NCBI GenBank assembly: GCA_964581995.1
Contig: CAZOQB010000007.1
Coordinates: forward strand, 58,028-122,027
Source of the DNA: an uncultured Ignavibacteriaceae bacterium
GTDB lineage: Bacteria; Bacteroidota; Ignavibacteria; UBA10030; BY39
Direction: 5' to 3'
DNA: 64,000 nt
Positions 9,351 to 18,072 of this stretch are shown in pieces (position 1 is the first letter of the stretch; every line of letters begins with the position of its first letter). The position numbers and the translations under genes were made by a program. The notes below the pieces were generated by a model that had not been told where the DNA came from, did no database searches, and saw only the letters and a program-made list of their open reading frames with translations.

Positions 9351-10016
9351 TTAATCTTTCCATACATAGTCGAATAATAAATATGATACCGCAGTAATAA
9401 CGACCGTGTAAGAAATTAGAATTCTAAACTCACCGCTTGCAGCGCTGAAAACCATTCCTTCTATCGCCATTTTGGTTGCGCTGATTACAGTGAGGAGAAG
9501 CGGCAACAATATCGGGAACGAGAGTACGGGATAAAGAGTTCCTTTTGTATTGGATTTTGCTATTATTGCCGCGATGATTGTAGCGGCACTCGCCAATCCT
9601 AGTGTCCCCAGAATCAACGTAACTATAAAAATACTAAAACTCTGTACGATAAAATTCGGAATTACGAGCAGGTACAATATGACGGTGATAATATTCATGG
9701 ATAATAGGAGTACTAGATTAAAGATAAGTTTTCCAAAATACACCGTCGCCGGGGTAGCTATTAAATGAAGAGTCATAACTGTTCCCCTTTCCTCCTCGCT
9801 CACGAATGAGCGGGACATACCGGACATCGCAGAAAAAAATATCACAATCCAGAGCATCCCTGATAGTATCTCGACTGACGGGGCTTCGTTTCCTATCGCA
9901 AATAAGATTATGGAGATCGTAGTAATCACGAACATCAGCAGCGCGTTAAGAGCGTATCTTGTCCGCAGTTCAGACCTAAAATCTTTTGTGAATATAGTTA
10001 GTGTCGGATTTTGCAT
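9351..10016 (-). CDS. ccmB: Heme exporter permease CcmB
   Basis: Six-TM ABC permease positioned between ccmA and ccmC. Confidence 0.7.
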   Translation of the reverse strand: MQNPTLTIFTKDFRSELRTRYALNALLMFVITTISIILFAIGNEAPSVEILSGMLWIVIFFSAMSGMSRSFVSEEERGTVMTLHLIATPATVYFGKLIFNLVLLLSMNIITVILYLLVIPNFIVQSFSIFIVTLILGTLGLASAATIIAAIIAKSNTKGTLYPVLSFPILLPLLLTVISATKMAIEGMVFSAASGEFRILISYTVVITAVSYLLFDYVWKD

Positions 10017-10660
10017 TAAAGTTTCTTCATGTTATTCTTCTGGTCATCAAGATTAATTACATTTTCACAATACCGCAAGTCTTCAGAATCATTCGTCGCA
10101 ATGAGGGTGGCGCCTTTCTGCTTTTGGTCTTTGATTATCTCGTAAACGATAGAAATACCTTCGGTATCCAAATTTGACCTTGGTTCATCAAGGATTAACA
10201 ATTCTGGTTGGTGAAGTAACGCGAATGTGTATTTCAGACGCTGCTTCATACCGGAAGAATATGTTCGGACGAAATCGTCCCTCCTATCGTAAAGATTCAC
10301 TCGCTTCAACAAATCTAAGATGAACTCTCTCTGAATATTCAAAGATCGAACCTTTGCAAATATATCTAAATTTTCGACAGCAGTAAATTCGTCGTACAAC
10401 TGTAGATAAGGTGATACAAAACCGATGTGTTTGAATGTGTCGATAGGTTTAATCTCGTTGTCATTAACTGAAATATTCACTATTCCGCTGCTCGGAGATA
10501 AGACACCGGCTGTTATCTTAACGAGTGTAGATTTACCAGAGCCATTCCTGCCGACAATGGCTAACGCAGATCCGTTCTCTAATCTGAAACTTATGTTAGA
10601 AAAAATAGTTCTTCGATTGAACGTCTTCTTTATATTATTTGCTTCGAGTTGAAATTTCAT
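10016..10660 (-). CDS. ccmA: Heme ABC exporter ATP-binding protein CcmA
   Basis: Walker A GRNGSGKST; ABC signature YSSGMKQR; Walker B LLILDEP. Confidence 0.8.
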   Translation of the reverse strand: MKFQLEANNIKKTFNRRTIFSNISFRLENGSALAIVGRNGSGKSTLVKITAGVLSPSSGIVNISVNDNEIKPIDTFKHIGFVSPYLQLYDEFTAVENLDIFAKVRSLNIQREFILDLLKRVNLYDRRDDFVRTYSSGMKQRLKYTFALLHQPELLILDEPRSNLDTEGISIVYEIIKDQKQKGATLIATNDSEDLRYCENVINLDDQKNNMKKL

Positions 10661-12426
10661 TTTTTTATAACTGCAAACTTTCCGATATATTCCTGATGGT
10701 TTAATGAAATTACATAAAAATATATTCCTGAACTAACTACTCCACCGCTGTTGTCGATTAAATTCCAGTTAATTTTTGGATCAGCAGGATTGATCTCTTT
10801 ATCGTATGAACCCACCAACTCCATCCCCGAATTATAAAGATATAGTTTTGCTGATATATCTTTTGTTGAAGGAAGAGCAAAAATTAAATTATTGGTTCTA
10901 TCGATGATACAAGGATTCGGATAAACTGTTACGGATCGCTGAGTGGAAGTAATGATACCGCCTACACTCCAATTCATCGGGTCAGCTACACCCAATTTCA
11001 CAAACACTCCGTTACTTAACTGTCTGAAGGTATCATCACCTGAAGTTGCCATTTGATAGTTAAATGAATAATTCCTGATCAAATAATTTTGGGCGGAGGA
11101 TAAATTAATGTTAGTGATGATATCTGTTACTTGATGCCCCTGATAACTGACAGGTAAGTAGATAGTTGAAAAAGTCCCGGTACTATCTGCATAAATACGC
11201 GAACTGCCTACTAATTCTATCGGAGTTTTTTCCTTTATCAAAGGATAATTTTGCGCTTCTGAATAATATTGCCCGGAGTTCGCCCGTATGCCTGTGTAGT
11301 AATTCCATTTACTAAACTCTACAAAGGCGATTCTCAATGTTGAACCGGCATTAACCAAGGCATCATCCAGAGCTTTAACACTACCGGTGTTACGCATATT
11401 CTCCCAGACGTTTCGCATTACTGTCGGATTATATTTTTCTTGTATGAACTTTCCCCATATTGCTCTGCTGTATTCGATCAGTCCATCCGAGTAGATAAAT
11501 GAAAGATTAGGATAAGCAAAATGACCGCGCGGTTGACCGGTTGAATACTTTATATATTGGTAATAATCATTCACGTCGTTATAGAGTAAGTCTTCCATCC
11601 AAGTTGAAGTGATTTCGTAAAAGTATCTATCGTTTTCACGATATCCGTAGCTGCCCAATTGTATTGCGTGATGAAATTCGTGAGCGGCTGTTACTTTCAA
11701 TCCGGGGATGCCCCGGCTCGTTGGATATACTGATATGTAATCATTATCTATTTCTAAGTACGACGAATAGCGTGATGGAGATTGACCGGGGTTTATCGGG
11801 TCAGGGCTTGGCACAGTCTGACCATATAACCCTCCGCCTAATTCTGAGATATAAATTTGATAAGTTCCAGAGCCAGTTTCGAATGGTGGAGCTGAATATC
11901 CGGAGGTGTTTACAACAAAGTCCCAAACATAATTAAAAATATTTAATGTAGAATCCACAAAAGCATAAATAGCATTTATCGAATCTGCGTGATTTTTGAC
12001 ATAATTAGTATCATCAAGCATTCGTGTATATAGTGGTGTTAGCAATGAAGGAACATTATCTATAAAATAGTTTTCAATATCATAATAACCAACTGTATCG
12101 AAATGAACTGTAAAATACCCCATAGATTTAAAAGTTTGTCTGCTGGGTCCAGTGAGCAATTTCTTTATTGACATCTTTTGGTTATCTGGTAAATGTTGAT
12201 AATTTTTTAAAATCTCAAAAGTTAAATTAAGGGCACATTTTCCAGGTGTCTCTCCTTGTTTCACGTCTATCCGATTGTCCTGTCGCCAGGAGGTCACTCT
12301 TTGAATTAACGATTCTTGTTCAGTAATTAAGCTCGCGTTTTTCTGTGAAAAAGATAGTAGCGGGAGTATCAAAAGCAAAATTATAGAAACGATTAGAGCG
12401 CGATAATATTTAAAAATATAATTCAT
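10657..12426 (-). CDS. Secreted putative zinc metallopeptidase with a T9SS (Por) C-terminal sorting domain
   Basis: Signal peptide. HEFHH (HExxH) motif. C-terminal beta-sandwich tail …GIYFYVISLNHQEYIGKFAVIKK typical of T9SS CTDs. Confidence 0.55.
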   Translation of the reverse strand: MNYIFKYYRALIVSIILLLILPLLSFSQKNASLITEQESLIQRVTSWRQDNRIDVKQGETPGKCALNLTFEILKNYQHLPDNQKMSIKKLLTGPSRQTFKSMGYFTVHFDTVGYYDIENYFIDNVPSLLTPLYTRMLDDTNYVKNHADSINAIYAFVDSTLNIFNYVWDFVVNTSGYSAPPFETGSGTYQIYISELGGGLYGQTVPSPDPINPGQSPSRYSSYLEIDNDYISVYPTSRGIPGLKVTAAHEFHHAIQLGSYGYRENDRYFYEITSTWMEDLLYNDVNDYYQYIKYSTGQPRGHFAYPNLSFIYSDGLIEYSRAIWGKFIQEKYNPTVMRNVWENMRNTGSVKALDDALVNAGSTLRIAFVEFSKWNYYTGIRANSGQYYSEAQNYPLIKEKTPIELVGSSRIYADSTGTFSTIYLPVSYQGHQVTDIITNINLSSAQNYLIRNYSFNYQMATSGDDTFRQLSNGVFVKLGVADPMNWSVGGIITSTQRSVTVYPNPCIIDRTNNLIFALPSTKDISAKLYLYNSGMELVGSYDKEINPADPKINWNLIDNSGGVVSSGIYFYVISLNHQEYIGKFAVIKK

Positions 12427-14645
12427 TACTTTCTCCCGTAAATAATTCTAACATAACCATCGTTCTCGTATGTTAGAGCAAAATCCGGTAAGCCATCATT
12501 ATCAAAGTCGGCAACCACAAAACTGCTGACACCTTCGATTCCCATTAATCTTTTTGGACTGTTAAATAAACCATTTCCATTTGCAATGTAGGCTTGTAAA
12601 GTTTTAGTTAGAGCATTTTCCACAATCATATCAACTTTTTTATCATTGTCCACATCAATAAACTGTATATCGTTCTTATTATTAATTTTTATGTTTGAAA
12701 TCTTGAAGTTCGGCAAAGAATAAAACACACTGTCTCCCCGATTTAAAAAAATATTTAGTTCATTTTTATCAGACGAAGCAAGTATTATATCTACCAGATC
12801 ATCCGAATTGATATCATTCCCGGATAGGAGATAGTTTCCCGAATTAGTATCCTTGAGTGTGTAAACACATTTGTTTATCGGTTTTTTGTTTTGAATATAA
12901 GAAAATGCGATACACGAACTGAATGAATAATTCGAATTATTTTTGAGATAAACTAAATCTGTTTGTCCGTCATTGTTTACATCCAGAGCCGCGCAGTTGA
13001 TTACTTTTGCGGATAGCGCCTGTGTTATTTCTTTTTCTGTGAATTTTGTTCTCGATATTCGTTCGTATAAAAATACATTATAATATTTATCATCCAAATC
13101 CCGAGTTCCGACACTGAAGTATAAATAATTATTCGGAATGCTGAAATTTATTTCCAGAATCTCTGGAGTGTCTGCCATGGTTAGGTCGAAGCTAGAATGA
13201 CTATAATCTGCTAAGGTGACTTCTGTAACTGATATCTGATTAGAATTTGCGTGTGTGGTCAACGCAAAGAATAAGCCCGGTTTTTTAACTTTTACATTTA
13301 ATGATTTTGGATAATCTATCGGTGTTTGGATGCAAACTTGTCCATCAAAAACTCCGGTTGTGTTATTTTTGAATATTGAAATAGATTTTGATCCTTCGTT
13401 TGCTATCACCAAATCAATATTCCCTGAATGTAAAATATCGATTGCTCTTATCGAGGTTGGTCTCACGCCTGTTATATATTTTACGTCGTTCCTAGCTGGC
13501 AACGATACTTTTGAATTGTAAACATAATTCAATTTCTTTTCTCTTTTATTAGTAAACAGTAAGTCATAATAATTAGTTTTTGGATGATAAATTAATGCTG
13601 CATCCCCTGAATTTCTACCTAAGCTGTACTGTGCATTTTCAGAAAAGTATCCTAAACTATCTTTTATCCATAACGATAAATATCCTTTTGATTTATGAAT
13701 AGTTAGCATTTCATCCGTACCGCCATAGTCGATATCAGCAATTATCATTTTGTCATAAGTATTCAATAGTTCGATATCTTGATGTAGAAAATAATTTCCA
13801 AGTCCATCGCCTAACATGGTGGTTATCAGTCGCTCATCTTGAAAACCTACTATGATATCAGTAATCCCATCTCCGTTAATTTGAGTTGGTAAAACGGTTA
13901 TAGGTTCATACATGAAATCTATGGTAGATGGGATGTTATATTTTAAACGAGCGTAAGAAGTGAACAAATTGATCTGATTCGAAAGCCAATTAACACCAAG
14001 AACGTCTACAAGTCCGTCGTTGTTTATATCGTCAATAAAAATATTGCTGAAGGAAAATTCGGGGATTAAGTATTGTGGGATCTTGAATGTTCCATTTCCT
14101 TTACCGAGAAATGTCATTATCCCGGTAATCTGTTTCCCGAACAAGAGTATATCATTTTTACCGTCATTATTGATGTCGTTTACATTGAGATTAAACGAAT
14201 CTCCTTCTAATATAAATTTCCATTTTAAGACCAATGTGTCTTTTTGCGTACCGAGAAATACCTTCAATGTCAAAGGGTCAGAAGTCAGCATTGTTAAATC
14301 GGACTGACCATCATTATTTACATCCGCGGCAACGGACACAAGTATTTCTTTATCGAATCTATAAGCTTGAGGTGTCCACCCGGAAGTATCATCCGTGGCA
14401 TAAAGTACTGTTAAGTATTTAGAACGATGTGTTACAATATCCCAAAGCCCATCACCGTTGAAATCGCCCGTTACTATATTTTGGCAAGAGGAACCTACGG
14501 TCAGTTCGTCAATCGTGGAAAATGTAGAATATTGTCTCTGAGAAAAAGTAACAGACCAGTCTATAATATTCAATACAAGCATGCTGAAGAAAAGTTTACG
14601 GGGATTTTTTATAGCTGACGAAAATATATCAACAACTATTGTCAT
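12426..14645 (-). CDS. FG-GAP/VCBS repeat beta-propeller protein, secreted
   Basis: Repeated DxNNDGxxD(L/I) Ca-binding-like FG-GAP motifs (DFNGDGLWDIV, DINNDGKNDILL, DVNNDGQTDLVY, DFDNDGLPDFAL). Confidence 0.6.
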   Translation of the reverse strand: MTIVVDIFSSAIKNPRKLFFSMLVLNIIDWSVTFSQRQYSTFSTIDELTVGSSCQNIVTGDFNGDGLWDIVTHRSKYLTVLYATDDTSGWTPQAYRFDKEILVSVAADVNNDGQSDLTMLTSDPLTLKVFLGTQKDTLVLKWKFILEGDSFNLNVNDINNDGKNDILLFGKQITGIMTFLGKGNGTFKIPQYLIPEFSFSNIFIDDINNDGLVDVLGVNWLSNQINLFTSYARLKYNIPSTIDFMYEPITVLPTQINGDGITDIIVGFQDERLITTMLGDGLGNYFLHQDIELLNTYDKMIIADIDYGGTDEMLTIHKSKGYLSLWIKDSLGYFSENAQYSLGRNSGDAALIYHPKTNYYDLLFTNKREKKLNYVYNSKVSLPARNDVKYITGVRPTSIRAIDILHSGNIDLVIANEGSKSISIFKNNTTGVFDGQVCIQTPIDYPKSLNVKVKKPGLFFALTTHANSNQISVTEVTLADYSHSSFDLTMADTPEILEINFSIPNNYLYFSVGTRDLDDKYYNVFLYERISRTKFTEKEITQALSAKVINCAALDVNNDGQTDLVYLKNNSNYSFSSCIAFSYIQNKKPINKCVYTLKDTNSGNYLLSGNDINSDDLVDIILASSDKNELNIFLNRGDSVFYSLPNFKISNIKINNKNDIQFIDVDNDKKVDMIVENALTKTLQAYIANGNGLFNSPKRLMGIEGVSSFVVADFDNDGLPDFALTYENDGYVRIIYGRK

Positions 14646-15127
14646 CGATGAGATTTTTTACCTGACTTTCTTTCCAATCGGTGTTTTCTTCGAGACAATG
14701 CTTCCGAAAATCTTTTCTTTTCTTCTTTCGTCTGAGGTTTGACTTGGCAAACCATCGCAGGTTTTTTATTTTCATCTACAGCTACAAAAGTAAAGAACGC
14801 CTCGTTGGCAATTTTTGATTTACCTAAAAGCTGATCCTCCGCAATCACCTTTACACCAACTTCTAGAGATGTGTTAAATGTTCGATTCACTGTCGCCTTC
14901 AGTCGAACGATTTCTCCGAGATGGATAGGATGATGGAAATACAATTCATCTACAAAAGCAGTAACGCAAACACGATTAGAATGGCGTTGGGCAGAAATTG
15001 CAGCGGCAATATCCATCCAATGCATTAATCTTCCGCCTAATAAATTCCCGAGTTGGTTGGTATCGTTAGGTAATACCAGTTCGGTCATTTCGATTTCTGA
15101 ATCTTTAACAAATTTACACGGTTTCAT
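14642..15127 (-). CDS. Acyl-CoA thioesterase, hotdog fold (YciA-like)
   Basis: ELVLPNDTNQLGNLLGGRLMHWMD… matches the 4HBT thioesterase core. Confidence 0.65.
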   Translation of the reverse strand: MKPCKFVKDSEIEMTELVLPNDTNQLGNLLGGRLMHWMDIAAAISAQRHSNRVCVTAFVDELYFHHPIHLGEIVRLKATVNRTFNTSLEVGVKVIAEDQLLGKSKIANEAFFTFVAVDENKKPAMVCQVKPQTKEEKKRFSEALSRRKHRLERKSGKKSHR

Positions 15128-15134
15128 ATGATTT

Positions 15135-15878
15135 TTACTTTATTAGCGCCTCAACTCCAGCGCGTAATGAGGTTTCGGGAAATTTTTTAAAAAACTTATC
15201 AGCTTCGGCTACTGCCTCATTTATTTTTTTTCTTTTTACGAGCGATTCAATTTTTCCGAAATAAGCTTGTTCGCCGAATTTGCTGTCGTGATAATTTTCT
15301 AACACACTGTTAAAATAATAAGTTGCCGATTTATAATATTCCATTTTCATATAAATGACGGCGGTTTGGTATTCTTTTTCAGCTAATCTATCTCTGAGTT
15401 CCGTAATTTTTGCCTCAGCATCTAATACCAATGAATCCGTCGGAAAATATTCTATAAACGCTTGAAATTCGTCGATTGCTTTTATTGTATACGATTGGTC
15501 TAAAGCAGACTTCGGCGCTAAGTTGTAGTATGCTAATGCGATTTTATTCATGGCTTTAGGCACAAGCGGACTCGCGGGCATGTTTCTTTTTAGCGCTTCG
15601 TATTCATAAGCGGCAAGCAAGTATTCTTCCTTTTTGAATCTACACTCGCCTAAATAATATTGCGCGTCATCCGATACACTGCTGCCGGGGTATTGTAATG
15701 TAACTACGCTAAATTCATTAATTGCTTCTAAATAATTTTCGCCATTAAACTCATTCAAACCAATCTCGAAACGTTCTTCGGCTGTCAAGGTTTTTTCAAC
15801 GTCGGATGATTTACACGAAATTATGAATGATAGTGATATGATAAAAAACGTAAAAAATGTTTTTCTGATAATTCTCAT
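15135..15878 (-). CDS. TPR-repeat outer-membrane lipoprotein, BamD-like
   Basis: Lipobox IISC. TPR-like repeats with YYLGECRF/AAYEYEALKR, as in BamD/YfiO. Confidence 0.45.
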   Translation of the reverse strand: MRIIRKTFFTFFIISLSFIISCKSSDVEKTLTAEERFEIGLNEFNGENYLEAINEFSVVTLQYPGSSVSDDAQYYLGECRFKKEEYLLAAYEYEALKRNMPASPLVPKAMNKIALAYYNLAPKSALDQSYTIKAIDEFQAFIEYFPTDSLVLDAEAKITELRDRLAEKEYQTAVIYMKMEYYKSATYYFNSVLENYHDSKFGEQAYFGKIESLVKRKKINEAVAEADKFFKKFPETSLRAGVEALIK

Positions 15879-15885
15879 TGTATAA

Positions 15886-16497
15886 CTACTTCCTTAATGT
15901 GAAAAATAAATAAACAATTACAGCAACCGATGAAGTTATGATGACAGGTGATAGCACTCTTTCCAGCATAGCATCAGCGGGTAAAACTCCTTTTGTTGAC
16001 AAAATATGTTCGTTTTCTAATTGATTTATTGATTCCAGCGCAACAGTATCTTTATTGTGTTGGTCGAAGGTTTTAATAGCTATAAGATTACGGCCTTTTG
16101 TTACTTTTGATGATACAGTTAGCTCTACTACGCGAACAACCTGTTTTTGACTTAAGAATGTTTGCCTAAATATACTTTCATATCTTACGTCCATTTTGAT
16201 AATTGCCAATTCGATTGTTGTAACAGTTGACAAATTTGTATCTGGCAGCAAACATAATTTATTCTTTTTTATCAGCCCTTGTAATATATTATGTTCCACT
16301 ATCCAATAATCTGGAGACGGTTTTACTACAAGCGTTATAGAATCGCCGGCAGAAAAACCTATCTGAGAAAACAAAGAATCATACACGTTTTTAGACAATT
16401 CCTGGATTACTTCAAGATTCTTTTTCGGTTGAGCAAAGATTTCTGAACTGATCCAATTGAATATAACCAGCAAAGTCAATAAATGTAGAGCTTTCAA
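15886..16497 (-). CDS. Hypothetical exported protein with a C-terminal TM helix
   Basis: Signal peptide and terminal hydrophobic segment; no recognisable motif. Confidence 0.35.
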   Translation of the reverse strand: MKALHLLTLLVIFNWISSEIFAQPKKNLEVIQELSKNVYDSLFSQIGFSAGDSITLVVKPSPDYWIVEHNILQGLIKKNKLCLLPDTNLSTVTTIELAIIKMDVRYESIFRQTFLSQKQVVRVVELTVSSKVTKGRNLIAIKTFDQHNKDTVALESINQLENEHILSTKGVLPADAMLERVLSPVIITSSVAVIVYLFFTLRK

Positions 16498-16620
16498 TTT
16501 TTCCTGAGTTGAATGTTAATTGAAATTAATAATTCTAAAAACTAACAGTACGTTTTAGATAGAAAACATGAATAATATAAGAATTTCAACTGACATTTGC
16601 TAACTGGCTCAATTATTAAT

Positions 16621-16980
16621 CTATCCAGAACCAAAATAACTACTATCGGTATAAATTAACAAATATCCTTTTAATCCAAAGATAATTTTAACAATATGCA
16701 AAGGTTTATAATCATCTTGTAACACGGTATTATTCATAATGGGTAAAAATCCATTAAAACTCTCATATTTAAGAATTGGATAAAAGAGGGTTGTTACAGG
16801 CGAAAACTTCAATGTCCATCTCCCGCTTTCAGTGGGATCCGTCCACTGCGTTTTTCCCGCGTAACGATATCTGTATAAACTCTTGATTATTAAAGCACCG
16901 ATATATATATTGTTATAGGTGATTTTTATTATAACGGCTTTCAGACTTGATATGTAAATTGTAATAAAATTGTTTATATT
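16621..16980 (-). pseudogene. Start-less 119-codon open frame (…RYRYAGKTQWTDPTESGRWTLKFSPVTTLFYPILKYESFNGFLP…), possible gene remnant
   Basis: The frame is open from the TAG at 16981-16983 down to 16621, with no ATG. The track keeps only the TTG-initiated 63 aa. Confidence 0.2.
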
Positions 16981-17196
16981 CTAAAGTAACATTATAAGAC
17001 ATTGGTAAATCAAGGTAGTGTTAACTCGATTTTTGAAAATATTGGAACGAAGATTACCATATTTGTAATCTTTTGATATAGATTATGTTGAGTATTTATT
17101 TTGTGGCAACGGAGGTTAATAACAATAAGTGATACAGTGCGTTTGATGGTACAAACAGAAATCACTCAGAACATAAACTACTAAAGAAGGTTAAAC

Positions 17197-18051
17197 ATGA
17201 ATCGTGAAAGCGTTCAACCCATTGTGGAAAAGTATAAACATCACCGCGGTGGACTTATATCCATTCTCGAAGAGATTCAATCAAAGTACGGCTATCTACC
17301 CGAAGATGTATTAAGAGTAGTAGCAGAACTAACCGACCGCGACATTGTAGATATCTATAGTGTCGCCACATTTTACAAAGCATTCCGATTAAAGCAGAGA
17401 GGAAAACATCTTGCTTCGATATGTCTTGGAACTGCATGCCACGTTCGTGGCGGACAAGCCATCGCAGATGAGTTTGAACAGAAACTCAAAATAAAAAATG
17501 ATGGCGAAACAACACCCGACAAAGAATTCACTCTTGAAACAGTTCGCTGCCTTGGTGCATGCGCACTTGCACCAATCGTTGTTGTCGATGGTTATTACTT
17601 TCCTCACGTCAATACCGGACAAGTTAAAGAGATATTAGATAAAACTCGTAGTGGACTGGATAAAGTTGAAATTGAAAAAGACCAACGTATATTTCCAATC
17701 GAGGTCAACTGTCCGCGTTGCAACCACAGTTTGATGGATGCAGATCGCTTAGTTGATGGCTATCCATCGATTCGGTTGACGGTTTCATTTGGACAACAAC
17801 ATGAATGTCTTTTTTTATCATCGTTGTATGGAAGCTACACAATCGAATCGGGTTATGAAATCCCAGCAGATATCATTGTAAATTTCTTCTGCCCGCATTG
17901 TAACACCGAGTTGATCGGTGCATGGAACTGCTCAATGTGCAACGCACCTATGGTTCCAATGATTGTTAGCGGCGGAGGAATAATACAAATTTGTTCTCGT
18001 CGTGGCTGTAAAAGCCATATGCTGGATCTAGAAACTCCACAACTCCAATAA
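17197..18051 (+). CDS. NuoE/HoxE-like [2Fe-2S] thioredoxin-fold subunit with a C-terminal extension carrying 4 CxxC-type pairs
   Basis: CLGTACHVRGG…CLGACALAPIVVVDG (NuoE 2Fe-2S motif). C-terminal CPRC…CPHC…CSMC…CSRRGC. Confidence 0.7.
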   Translation: MNRESVQPIVEKYKHHRGGLISILEEIQSKYGYLPEDVLRVVAELTDRDIVDIYSVATFYKAFRLKQRGKHLASICLGTACHVRGGQAIADEFEQKLKIKNDGETTPDKEFTLETVRCLGACALAPIVVVDGYYFPHVNTGQVKEILDKTRSGLDKVEIEKDQRIFPIEVNCPRCNHSLMDADRLVDGYPSIRLTVSFGQQHECLFLSSLYGSYTIESGYEIPADIIVNFFCPHCNTELIGAWNCSMCNAPMVPMIVSGGGIIQICSRRGCKSHMLDLETPQLQ

Positions 18052-18072
18052 ACTAATTTCAGAGAGTATAAA

